DNA of 64,000 bases. It comes from Nitrospinales bacterium. Lineage in GTDB: Bacteria > Nitrospinota > Nitrospinia > Nitrospinales > VA-1. This document shows, piece by piece, positions 39,762 through 48,868 of this stretch (the first letter of the stretch is position 1; each line of letters opens with the position of its first letter). The translations under genes and the position numbers were made by a program. The stretch spans positions 1,095,457 to 1,159,456 of the forward strand of contig OZ252246.1 of assembly GCA_965249625.1 (NCBI GenBank), in the 5' to 3' direction. The notes beneath the pieces were generated by a model. That model had not been told where the DNA came from. It saw nothing but the letters and a program-made list of their open reading frames with translations, and made no database searches.

Positions 39762-40268
39762 CTATTTTGGTTGATACAAACCACCAAAACAAATTTTTCC
39801 AGTTCTACTTTTGTGATAGCTGCTGTATTCACCACCACATGCTACTTCACCAGTTCGGCTTTCGTGGTAGCTAGAATATTCACCACCAGCACACACTTGG
39901 CCTGTTCGACTTTCATGATAACTGCTGTACTCTCCACCGCATGCTACTTCACCAGTTCGACTCTCGTGGTAGCTACTATATTCACCGCCTGCACACACTT
40001 GACCTGTCCGGCTTTCGTGATAACTACTATACTCACCACCGCATGATACTTGACCTGTTCGGCTCTCATGGTAACTCGAATATTTCCCACCAGTGCAAAC
40101 CATGCCAGTGCGACTTTCGTGATAGCTTGAGTATTCTTCTCCACAAACTACAAACCCATTATCAAGTTCAGAATAACTTGAATAGCCTGGAATTCTAATT
40201 TCTACATTTGCGGCAACAAATGTTGGCATAAAAAGAAGGGTAAATGCCAAATAAGAAGTATATTTCAT
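39762..40268 (-). CDS. Cassette-borne secreted protein with seven 17-aa Cys-containing repeats
   Basis: Signal peptide; YSSYH(E/K)SRTG x7; preceded by attC, followed by GCTCTAAC. Confidence 0.8.
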   Translation of the reverse strand: MKYTSYLAFTLLFMPTFVAANVEIRIPGYSSYSELDNGFVVCGEEYSSYHESRTGMVCTGGKYSSYHESRTGQVSCGGEYSSYHESRTGQVCAGGEYSSYHESRTGEVACGGEYSSYHESRTGQVCAGGEYSSYHESRTGEVACGGEYSSYHKSRTGKICFGGLYQPK

Positions 40269-40284
40269 TGTTTCGTTACTGTAG

Positions 40285-40340
40285 CTCTAATGCCGAACTC
40301 ACCTGACGTTTCAGCGGTCAGGTGAAGTGATTTGTTAGGT
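40285..40340 (-). mobile_element. Integron attC site (56 bp) with mutated core (ATTAGAG)
   Basis: Minus strand ACCTAAC-AAATC-ACTTCACCTGACC...GTCAGGTGAGTTCGGC-ATTAGAG; start resembles attC at 11780-11851. Confidence 0.8.
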
Positions 40341-40381
40341 GTTTTTATACTCTAAATTTTCCAAGTTTATATAGTTCATAA

Positions 40382-40621
40382 GCCTTGAATTCACATAATA
40401 AGCGCAACGCTCCATAAGGTCAGCCAAAGGGTGTATTCATACTCTTTTAATCGACCAGAATAAAGGAGTGAAACATGAAAAGCTATACCCATTTGACTGA
40501 ACATGAGAGATACCATATTAACGTGATGAATAAACAAAATTGTCCACTGACAGAAATAGCTAAAACCATGGGCAGAAATAAGTCAACCATCAGCCGTGAG
40601 ATTAAACGCAATACAGTGTAA
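40382..40621 (+). pseudogene. IS30-family left-end remnant with truncated transposase (40475-40621)
   Basis: MKSYTHLTEHERYHI...EIAKTMGRNKSTISREIKRN HTH, stops after 48 aa. Confidence 0.82.
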
Positions 40622-40686
40622 TAATGTTATCTGGTGGATAAAGGCTTGTCTCGGTCTGAGAAAAAGTCTGCTTCTCCCATGCATAT

Positions 40687-40763
40687 AGCAAGAGCTCGTT
40701 AAGCCGCCAACACGGTTTGATTGCAGTAAATGTTATTGCTAGTTGGCTCCACGCCTGGTGGCG
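40687..40763. repeat. Family A element overlapping the methyltransferase 3' end
   Basis: AGCAAGAGCTCGTTAAGCCG...TTGGCTCCACGCCTGGTGG. Confidence 0.7.
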
Positions 40764-41746
40764 GTTACGACTCCGGTGGGGATGGCATCGATACGGAAAT
40801 GGCGAATATCAGAAACTCCAGTTCCTTTAAGCCAGTCAATTTTTTCCTGAACTGGGTGGGCTCGTCCCCCTTCGGTCAGCATGCCAATACTGAGGCTGAA
40901 CAGCGTGTCATCCAGAGGGCCGGTCTGGTTTTCATTGGTGCAGAAACCGTGGATGATGATGCGGCCACCCGGTTTCACGGCGTTCACAGCTTTGGCGACC
41001 AAGGCTCGACTCATATCCGCGTCGTACATATGCAGGATATTGGCCATGAGCACCAGATCGTATTGGCTGTCTCCTAAATCATCTTTATGGAAATCACCTG
41101 GTTTGGTATCAACCCGGTCCTGCAATCCATAGGATTCGATATAATTTTTTGCAACTTCCAGAACTGGTGCAATATCGAAAACAGTGGCTTTAAGATGGTT
41201 GTGCAGTTTGCACCATTCCAGCGAATATGTTCCTGGTCCGCCGCCGACATCCAGCATGGTTTTTGCGTCACCAACAGGAGTTTCGCGGGCGATCAGCCAG
41301 GTGGCTTTGAGAGCCTTGTCGTGCATGGCATCGGTGAACGTACGCATTTTATGTGGATCACCGCCTAGCATCTCCATGATACTTTTAATAAGAATACCGG
41401 ATTTTATAAAAGAGGAGAGCTGGCCCCAAACCGGATAAAGGTCGGCCGAGAGCTGAATCCATTGCTGAAGAGAATGGCTCCCGCCTGTTATGAGATATTC
41501 GTGAGCGGCTTCTGGCAGGTGATAGGTCTGGTTTTCCTTGGTAACAATTTCCAGTGAAGTGAGGGCGTTGAGCAGGCGTTCGGTGGCTTCCGGGTCCAGG
41601 TTCAAGGTCTTTGCAACTTGTGCTGCCGTTGTCGGTTGTTTGAGCTGGTCGAACAGTTTTAACTCATTCGCCGTCATGATCACGCATGCCGGTTGATAAC
41701 CCTCCAGTATTTTCCCGATCACCTTGTCCAGTTCCATTCCGTACAC
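40739..41746 (-). CDS. SAM-dependent O-methyltransferase with dimerisation domain
   Basis: LDVGGGPG, GDF, NILH, KPGG. Confidence 0.88.
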   Translation of the reverse strand: MYGMELDKVIGKILEGYQPACVIMTANELKLFDQLKQPTTAAQVAKTLNLDPEATERLLNALTSLEIVTKENQTYHLPEAAHEYLITGGSHSLQQWIQLSADLYPVWGQLSSFIKSGILIKSIMEMLGGDPHKMRTFTDAMHDKALKATWLIARETPVGDAKTMLDVGGGPGTYSLEWCKLHNHLKATVFDIAPVLEVAKNYIESYGLQDRVDTKPGDFHKDDLGDSQYDLVLMANILHMYDADMSRALVAKAVNAVKPGGRIIIHGFCTNENQTGPLDDTLFSLSIGMLTEGGRAHPVQEKIDWLKGTGVSDIRHFRIDAIPTGVVTATRRGAN

Positions 41747-41812
41747 CTTTCTATTTAATGGGGCAAGCAGGATAAAACAAATAAGTGCTGTTAGTCAATT
41801 TCCTTTATCGGG

Positions 41813-42271
41813 TCAGCGGTTTCTGGATTTCATAGCTCGGTCGATTTCGCGCTCAGACTCGCGTTTCTTAAGTGCAGCGCGTTTGTCGTAGAGTTTTTTC
41901 GCTTTGGCAATGCCGAGGTCGACTTTTGCCACCCCGTTCTTGAAATAAACTTTTAAAGGAATCAGAGTGCAGCCCTTTTCCTGAGTTTTCCCGATGAGTT
42001 TACTGATTTCTTTTTTATGTAAAAGCAATTTGCGCTTTCGCATGGGGTGATGGTTGAACTGCGTGGCCGGGGTATAGGCATCAATATGGAAATGGTTGAG
42101 CCATGCTTCCTCGCCATCAATGGTGGCGTAGCTGTCGACCAGGTTGGCTTTTCCATTTCTCAAGGATTTGACTTCCGAGCCTTTCAGCACCAGTCCGGCT
42201 TCCATAGTGTCTTCGATGGAATATTCGTGCCACGCCTTTTTATTCTGGCAGACAATTTTGATGTCACTCAC
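41813..42271 (-). CDS. smpB: SsrA-binding protein
   Basis: NKKA, EAGLVLKGSEVKSLR, RKLLLHKKEI, YDKR. Confidence 0.97.
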   Translation of the reverse strand: MSDIKIVCQNKKAWHEYSIEDTMEAGLVLKGSEVKSLRNGKANLVDSYATIDGEEAWLNHFHIDAYTPATQFNHHPMRKRKLLLHKKEISKLIGKTQEKGCTLIPLKVYFKNGVAKVDLGIAKAKKLYDKRAALKKRESEREIDRAMKSRNR

Positions 42272-42334
42272 GATTAATAACCGGATACAGGGGGGCAGAC
42301 GGGTTCTTTTTTAATAGCCCATCCGATAGATAGT

Positions 42335-43177
42335 CTAGTTGGCTTTCAGGGTCACGGATTGTCCAATCCTGGCTTTCAGTTTTTTTTTGGCGCTGTCTTC
42401 ACGGTAGAAAATTTCCAGATGGTTCCAGCTATTGATGACGGCTCCGGGCTGACCGGATTTCATCTGGTAATAACCGCTTACCAGTCCATTGATACGATGC
42501 TTTCCAATCTGCACCTTTGTTGTATCTGAAGAAATAAAGGTTTCGTGGATTAATTCTGCAGAAATATTAGTGGTGAGGTTGCCGAAGTGGTCGATATGAA
42601 TGATTTCCCCATGCAGGGTTGTTCCTTTCAACTGGGGCTGGGAAAAGTTCTGGCGGACGGGTTTCAACACCCTCGGGCCCATTTTGGAATATTGAACGCC
42701 GCTGGCAATCCACCCTGCGCAGGGAGCGAATATATCGCGCCCGTGAAAGGTGTTGGAAACGTTTTTAAGAAAATATTTTTTATTGGTGATCTCGTAAGCC
42801 CGGCTATCGCTGTGAAGGGCAGGGGTAAGCACCCCGTTGTCGGGTCCGACAAAGGTCTGGAATTTAGATTGCACTACCATGGCCCTTCGGATTACCGGGC
42901 CAGGGCCTACTGCTTTTTTTGAGGGAGCTTTGCCGGTGCTTTTTTCTCCACCTCCGACACCGGGATCAACCACCACCACATGAGTAGTTTTTCTGGGAAA
43001 CCAGGGATAGGTAGCGTTGAGGATCAATGCGGCCTGGGTGATATTTTGTGGTTCGATATTGTGGGTGATGTCAACGATCTGGGCATCTGGCACAATATTG
43101 AGAATGACTCCTTTCATGATGCCCACAAAAGGATCATCAAGGCCAAAGTCTGTAGTGAGGGTGATTACTGGACGCAT
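42335..43177 (-). CDS. SAM hydroxide adenosyltransferase (DUF62 family)
   Basis: TTDFG, VVDPGVG, GPDNG, TFHGRDIF, IDHFGN. Confidence 0.9.
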   Translation of the reverse strand: MRPVITLTTDFGLDDPFVGIMKGVILNIVPDAQIVDITHNIEPQNITQAALILNATYPWFPRKTTHVVVVDPGVGGGEKSTGKAPSKKAVGPGPVIRRAMVVQSKFQTFVGPDNGVLTPALHSDSRAYEITNKKYFLKNVSNTFHGRDIFAPCAGWIASGVQYSKMGPRVLKPVRQNFSQPQLKGTTLHGEIIHIDHFGNLTTNISAELIHETFISSDTTKVQIGKHRINGLVSGYYQMKSGQPGAVINSWNHLEIFYREDSAKKKLKARIGQSVTLKAN

Positions 43178-44484
43178 CCTGTGACCTGATGTTCGGAAAC
43201 CTTGTGCAAGGTGACGGGAACCAGGCTGTTTTTCAATGAGTCAGCTCCTTCCAGAATAACTGGAATATAGTTGCCGGTATGGCCTTTGAGCCATCCTGAT
43301 TTTGTGTCCCGTTGGTTTTCAAGCAGAACCGTTTCCTGTTGCCCTAAAAATTTCTCGCGATATTTCAAAGCCTTTTGACTGGCCAATTGGGTCAGGTTCT
43401 GGTTTCTTTGTTTTTTTATATTTCCGGGAACATCGTCTTTGAACTGGTGGGCCTCGGTGCCTCGGCGCAGTGAGTAGGAAAACACATGCAGATAGGAGAA
43501 AGGCAATTGTTCTATCAGTTTGCGGGTGTTTTCAAATTTTTCTTCAGTTTCTCCTGGAAAGCCGACGATAACATCCGCCCCCAGTCCCAGTCCGGGAATA
43601 GCGGTGACTGTGCGTTGAACGACTTCGAGATATTGATGACGGGTATAATTTCTACGCATGGATCTCAAGATTGTCTCATCACCGCTTTGCAAAGGAATAT
43701 GTAGGTGTGAACAGAGCTTTTCGGTTTCTGCAATGAGCCGTATGAGGTCGCTGTCGATTTCCATGGGATTGATCGAACTTAACCGAACTCGAAAATCTCC
43801 CGAAAGCTTAATGATATCGCGAACCAGGGAGGAAAAGGTTTCGTTTCGATCCATGCCCCAAGTGCCAAGGTTGATGCCAGTGAGGGTGATTTCCTTAAAC
43901 CCGGAGGCGATGGCCTGTTGCACATTATAGATAATATTTTCCCGCGTATCGCTGACCGACTTGCCTCGTGCTTTAACAACGGTGCAGAATGAGCATCTCT
44001 CATCACAGCCGGTTTGGACTTTGATGAAGGCTTTGGTCATGCCCTGAAAATTTCGCACCGGGATGGTTCTGAATATCCGTTTTTTATGGATGTCGGACAT
44101 GATGATCTCGGCATCTGCGCTTTTTTCCCATGGCAGGCCGGGATTTAACAGTTTCTTTTTTAAAATGTTAGCGATTTCCAGCTTGTCGGCATTGCCCAGA
44201 ACGATGTCGAGGCCGTGTATTTTGGAAGCTTCTTCCGAATTCAACTGCGCGTAGCATCCGGTGAACACGACCAGAGCTTCAGGGTTGATCGCCAGAGATT
44301 TTTTAACCGCAAGACGGGAACTATAATCACTCCGTTGCGTCACTGTGCAAGTGTTGATGACATAAGCATCGGCTTTTTCTTTACCATTGACAATAGAGAA
44401 ACCTTCCTGCTCAAGCAGGGTCTGCATTTCTGCGGTATCGTGCTGGTTGGTTCTGCATCCCAATGTAACGCAGGCAATTTTCAT
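43165..44484 (-). CDS. mtaB: tRNA methylthiotransferase MtaB
   Basis: TLGCRTN, INTCTVT, GCYAQ, GCDERCSFC, TRAM domain. Confidence 0.9.
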   Translation of the reverse strand: MKIACVTLGCRTNQHDTAEMQTLLEQEGFSIVNGKEKADAYVINTCTVTQRSDYSSRLAVKKSLAINPEALVVFTGCYAQLNSEEASKIHGLDIVLGNADKLEIANILKKKLLNPGLPWEKSADAEIIMSDIHKKRIFRTIPVRNFQGMTKAFIKVQTGCDERCSFCTVVKARGKSVSDTRENIIYNVQQAIASGFKEITLTGINLGTWGMDRNETFSSLVRDIIKLSGDFRVRLSSINPMEIDSDLIRLIAETEKLCSHLHIPLQSGDETILRSMRRNYTRHQYLEVVQRTVTAIPGLGLGADVIVGFPGETEEKFENTRKLIEQLPFSYLHVFSYSLRRGTEAHQFKDDVPGNIKKQRNQNLTQLASQKALKYREKFLGQQETVLLENQRDTKSGWLKGHTGNYIPVILEGADSLKNSLVPVTLHKVSEHQVTGCVQ

Positions 44485-44596
44485 AGAGTAAAAGCGTGTT
44501 AAATTTTTTCAGATAGTTCCCACTTCATCTTAGACCATGCGTTGGAGAGGAATCAACTTGTAATTGCATGGTTTTGAAAAGACTGCAAGTCCATGC

Positions 44597-44625
44597 TTGA
44601 CCGCATGGGGCGAGTCTGCTACTAT
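44597..44625 (+). promoter_or_regulatory. Sigma70-type promoter for the fis-glm cluster
   Basis: TTGACC-17 bp-TACTAT. Confidence 0.6.
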
Positions 44626-44688
44626 CTCCGCATTCAAGCCATTTTCAAGTTTGGGAAAGATGTCAAAACTTTAAGACCCAGGGCTCTA

Positions 44689-44970
44689 GTGAATCCTCCT
44701 GCTATAAAAAAAACCCAAAAAGAAGTTACCACTTTTCTTGAAAAATGGTTGGACAAATCCATCCGGAAATATGTCGGCGCGATGGATAAAAAAAACAATG
44801 GGCATCTGCATGAGTTGATCATGGGAGGCATTGAAAAACCGCTGGTTGAAATTGTTCTGAAGGAAACCAGCGGCAACCAGACTAAGGCCGCGAATATTCT
44901 GGGAATCAACCGCAACACGCTAAGAAAAAAAATCGCCGAATATAAAATTAAATGCAACAACAGGACCTAG
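44689..44970 (+). CDS. Fis-family HTH protein; start placed at GTG 44689
   Basis: GNQTKAANILGINRNTLRKKI; the upstream ATG overlaps the predicted promoter. Confidence 0.85.
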   Translation: MNPPAIKKTQKEVTTFLEKWLDKSIRKYVGAMDKKNNGHLHELIMGGIEKPLVEIVLKETSGNQTKAANILGINRNTLRKKIAEYKIKCNNRT

Positions 44971-45704
44971 CGGTCATCATTTTGGCGGCGGGTAAAGGCA
45001 CCCGCATGCGATCTTCTCTTGCCAAAGTTCTTCTTCCCGTTGCTGGTCGTCCTCTTCTTCACTATGTGCTTGATCTTTCCTCTCGATTGAATCCCGTTCG
45101 GACAATAGTAGTGGTGGGGCATCAGGCGGTCCAGGTGCGAGAAACCTTTGCCGGCCGGGAGGTTGAGTTCGTGGTCCAAGAAGAACAGTTGGGTACGGGT
45201 CATGCTGCGCAACAAGCCAAGGCGAAATTGGAGAACTTTGACGGGTTGGTTTTAGTGTTATGCGGGGATATGCCTTTGATCCGGCCTAATACCCTCTTGC
45301 AAATGGTTCAAGGGCATAGAAGAAGCGATGCCAAGTGCACGGTGCTAACCCTTAAAAGTAGTGGGTGCCATGATTTTGGCCGGATCATTCGTGATGGAAA
45401 GGGCTCCATATCAAGAGTCGTAGAGCTCAAGGACGCTTCGGAAATTGAGAAAAAAGTTGACGAATTCAATTCCGGAGTATATTGTTTTGACAATAGGTTA
45501 TTTTTCAAGGCCTTAGAGCAAGTTGGCCCCAATAATATTCAGAAAGAATACTATTTGACCGATATGATAGAATATCTGGTACGAAAGGGGTATCCCGTTC
45601 AGGCGATTCAGACCCGGGATGCGAACGAGGTACTGGGAATTAATTCTCCAAGTGATTTGAACCGGGCGGAACGACTGTTGGTCGATCATCGTCAGCCTTC
45701 GTAA
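44952..45704 (+). CDS. Stand-alone GlmU N-terminal uridyltransferase domain
   Basis: LAAGKGTRMRS..AKVL, QLGTGHA, GDMP, EYYLTD, GIN; ends before any beta-helix. Confidence 0.88.
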   Translation: MQQQDLAVIILAAGKGTRMRSSLAKVLLPVAGRPLLHYVLDLSSRLNPVRTIVVVGHQAVQVRETFAGREVEFVVQEEQLGTGHAAQQAKAKLENFDGLVLVLCGDMPLIRPNTLLQMVQGHRRSDAKCTVLTLKSSGCHDFGRIIRDGKGSISRVVELKDASEIEKKVDEFNSGVYCFDNRLFFKALEQVGPNNIQKEYYLTDMIEYLVRKGYPVQAIQTRDANEVLGINSPSDLNRAERLLVDHRQPS

Positions 45705-45738
45705 CTAACTTTATCCTTCCCAATCAGGATTTTTTCAA

Positions 45739-46944
45739 ATGAAAGCCATAATCCTTGCTGCGGGTGAAGGCACCCATCTCAGCCCGTTTTCAGAAACCCG
45801 GCCCATCTCCATGATTGGAGTTGCGGGGCGCACTCTGCTGGATAATACCATCGGTTTGCTTAAAAGCGCAGGAATCAACGACATCTTTGTGGTGGCTGGA
45901 CATAAGAAAGAAAAGCTAATCAAACGGATTCAGCAACAGGACTACAATGGATTGAATCTGCATTACGTGGAGCAAAAACGCAAGCTGGGAATCGGTCATG
46001 CGGTGATGCAGGTCAAAAATAAAATACTCCCGGGTGAATATTTCCTGCTTGCGTATGGAGATATCCTGACGGCGAATAATATCTTCAGCAAAGTCCAGCA
46101 ATCCTTTCATTTATTCAAATGTCCGGTGGCCTCCATATGCCTGCTGCCTTCCAATCAGATGTTTGGAAACGTTTTCCTGAATGCGCGTATGGAAATCACA
46201 AAAATCATCGAGAAACCCAAAGGCAACAAGCTCGGCAATTATGTCCTGACCGGAGTGTTTATATTGCCAGCCTCTTTTTTTCAGTTGCTGGAATCTTTGG
46301 GTAATTCCATGGAGAAGGCGTTGAAGAAAGTGGTGGCGGGAGAAGGACTACGTGCCTCCATGTGGGAAGATGAATGGCTGGATATGGTTTATCCCTGGGA
46401 AATTCTGACGGCGAACAAAATGATCATGGATTCGTGGCAGGAGACTTCTGTCGCCAAAGACGCAACGCTGGAAGCCAATGTGACCCTGCAGGGGGTCGTC
46501 CGAGTCGAGGCGGGAGCGGTCATTAAATCTGGTGCCGTACTGGAAGGGCCTTGTTGTATTGGAGAGGGAAGCTATATCGGTAATAACTCTCTTGCCAGAA
46601 GCTACACCTCTGTTGGAAAAAATTGTTCGGTAGGTAGCGGTGTGGAATTAAAAAACTGCGTGGTGATGGAAAATTCCCAGATAGGCCGACTTTCTTTTGT
46701 CGGAGACAGTGTGCTGGGTGAAAATGTGGATATGGGGGCAGGGTGCATGACCGTGAACCGGGACATAAACTGGAAACCGATTTTTGTGAAAAATGGCAAG
46801 CGGCCTATGTCGACGGGAATGAAAAAACTTGGTGCTTTTCTCGGTGATGGAGTTGTTGTTGGGGCCGGAAATACCCTGCAACCCGGAACGATTGTTGCCC
46901 ATGGGAAAACCCTTCCCGCATGCTACTCCGTAAAACATAAATAA
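45739..46944 (+). CDS. Archaeal-type GlmU-like nucleotidyltransferase/acetyltransferase
   Basis: MKAIILAAGEG N-domain plus hexapeptide repeats, LSFVGDSVLG, KLGAFLGD. Confidence 0.82.
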   Translation: MKAIILAAGEGTHLSPFSETRPISMIGVAGRTLLDNTIGLLKSAGINDIFVVAGHKKEKLIKRIQQQDYNGLNLHYVEQKRKLGIGHAVMQVKNKILPGEYFLLAYGDILTANNIFSKVQQSFHLFKCPVASICLLPSNQMFGNVFLNARMEITKIIEKPKGNKLGNYVLTGVFILPASFFQLLESLGNSMEKALKKVVAGEGLRASMWEDEWLDMVYPWEILTANKMIMDSWQETSVAKDATLEANVTLQGVVRVEAGAVIKSGAVLEGPCCIGEGSYIGNNSLARSYTSVGKNCSVGSGVELKNCVVMENSQIGRLSFVGDSVLGENVDMGAGCMTVNRDINWKPIFVKNGKRPMSTGMKKLGAFLGDGVVVGAGNTLQPGTIVAHGKTLPACYSVKHK

Positions 46945-46960
46945 CAGGTCGAAAATAAGT

Positions 46961-48781
46961 ATGTGTGGAATTAGTGGTGCTGTCGGATTAAAAAATATAT
47001 CCGAACTTCTTTTTGAGGGGATCAGGAACCTGGCATACAGGGGTTATGACTCTTGCGGCGTTGCATTAATGAACAAAACACGCCTCATCATTAAAAAAGA
47101 CATTGGAGGTGTGGAAGAGTTTTATCGCAAACATAATGTCCTTGATCAGAAAAGCAAGATAGGCATTGCCCATACCCGCTGGGCCACACATGGAAAAGTA
47201 ACACAGAATAACACCCACCCGTTCACCTCCCGCGATGGCAATTTTGCGGTAGTTCACAATGGAATCATTTCCAATTATCGTCCTTTGAGAGACCAACTAA
47301 AAAAAGAAGGCTTCAAGTTTTCTTCTGAAACTGATACTGAAATTCTCGCCCACCTTTTAGAGAAGTTTTACAAGCGCAGTCGTAACGTGGAAAAATCTTT
47401 TTTGAAGATGCTGGGCCTCATTGAAGGAACCTATGCGATAGCATTTATTTCCTCCTATCTTCCCGATCAGATTTTTTGCGCGAAAAAGGAATCACCACTG
47501 ATGCTGGGTATCGGTGATGAGATTAAATTTATTGGTTCCGATTTCAATGCTTTCATCGACCATACCAAAAATGCCGTGATTCTGGATGATGGAGAATATG
47601 CCATTCTATCACGGGACACCTATGTCGTGAAAAGCCTTTTGAGCAAGGACGAAGTCACCAAACCCATCACTAAAATTGAATGGGACAGTGAGACCTCCAA
47701 AAAAGGGGGCTATCCTCATTATATGCTCAAGGAAATTTATGAACAGCCTCAAACCATTTCCAATGCGTTGGATTTGGAGGCCTCAGGACTGGATGAGGTT
47801 ATTGATTTATTTGCGAAATCCAAGAACTCTTATTTGTTGGGTGTGGGAACTACTTTTTACGTTGCTAAATATGCCAAATATATTTTTTCGCAGTTGGCGC
47901 AGGAGTTTTTTCCTTCCATAAGTTCCGATGAGTTCATGGCATTGGCCAATGTGAACAAGCAGTCTCTGGTTTTTTCCGCTTCGCAATCCGGTGAAACCTT
48001 TGATACCTTGTCGGCCTTGAAGTATGCCAAGTCCAAGGGAGCCCGGACAGCGGCAGTTGTCAATGTCATGGGTTCCTCCATTGCCAGGCTTGTTGATAAG
48101 GTAGTTCTCCAGGGATCGGGACCGGAAATCTGTGTGATCAGTACCAAGGCCGCGTTATCGCAAATGGTGATACTTACGGTTATGGCTATGAAGCTCGCTT
48201 TAAAAAAGAAAGTGATCACCCGAAAAACCTATAACCAGCACTTGCAGGCTTTACGGGGGCTCCCTGAAATTATTCAGGGAATTTTGAACGAGCGATCCGG
48301 TTTTATTCATCGCCTTGCCCACAAATATTCCGGGAGCCGCAACTGGCTCTATTTAGGGCGGGGAGTTTATTATCCTATTGCCTTGGAAGCAGCTTTAAAA
48401 ATGAAAGAGGTTGCCTACGTTCATGCAGAAGGAATGCCCGGTGGATTTTTAAAGCACGGAACGTTGGCTATGATTGATGACGATGTGTTTTCAATCGTGT
48501 TCGTTCCGCCTTCTGAAGATAAAGTACTCTATGAATCCACGATGCATTGCATAGAGGAAATTCGTGCCCGGTCAGGTTTTGTTTTGGGAATTCATTTCAG
48601 CGAGCAGGGGAAAAACCAGGATTTATACAGTGAAGAATTGATCCTTCCCAAAGTGCCTCCTCTGACTGCGCCCCTTATTCAGTTGGTCATTGGCCAGTTG
48701 TTTGCATATTTTACCGCCACCTCTCTGAAGCGCAATATCGACAAACCCCGATCTCTTGCCAAATCCGTTACCGTTGCCTGA
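46961..48781 (+). CDS. glmS: Glutamine-fructose-6-phosphate transaminase
   Basis: MCGI, YRGYDS, HTRWATHG, SQSGET, LAKSVTV. Confidence 0.97.
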   Translation: MCGISGAVGLKNISELLFEGIRNLAYRGYDSCGVALMNKTRLIIKKDIGGVEEFYRKHNVLDQKSKIGIAHTRWATHGKVTQNNTHPFTSRDGNFAVVHNGIISNYRPLRDQLKKEGFKFSSETDTEILAHLLEKFYKRSRNVEKSFLKMLGLIEGTYAIAFISSYLPDQIFCAKKESPLMLGIGDEIKFIGSDFNAFIDHTKNAVILDDGEYAILSRDTYVVKSLLSKDEVTKPITKIEWDSETSKKGGYPHYMLKEIYEQPQTISNALDLEASGLDEVIDLFAKSKNSYLLGVGTTFYVAKYAKYIFSQLAQEFFPSISSDEFMALANVNKQSLVFSASQSGETFDTLSALKYAKSKGARTAAVVNVMGSSIARLVDKVVLQGSGPEICVISTKAALSQMVILTVMAMKLALKKKVITRKTYNQHLQALRGLPEIIQGILNERSGFIHRLAHKYSGSRNWLYLGRGVYYPIALEAALKMKEVAYVHAEGMPGGFLKHGTLAMIDDDVFSIVFVPPSEDKVLYESTMHCIEEIRARSGFVLGIHFSEQGKNQDLYSEELILPKVPPLTAPLIQLVIGQLFAYFTATSLKRNIDKPRSLAKSVTVA

Positions 48782-48868
48782 ATAAAATCCCAATATTTTA
48801 TTACCAGCTTTCAAGACGGTCTGTTACATTAGACCCTCCTTGTTTTCCTACATTGAAGAGATTGATTT

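Noticed and set aside
39780-40150. 51-bp periodic DNA as a CRISPR array
   Set aside because: No unique spacers; variation is mostly synonymous within an ORF; no cas genes
41747-42334. tmRNA beside smpB
   Set aside because: Flanking gaps are too short and show no tRNA-like ends
42335-43177. Fluorinase or chlorinase
   Set aside because: Asp/Arg/His-type motifs (DPG, RR, FHGRD) fit the common SAM hydrolase branch; housekeeping context
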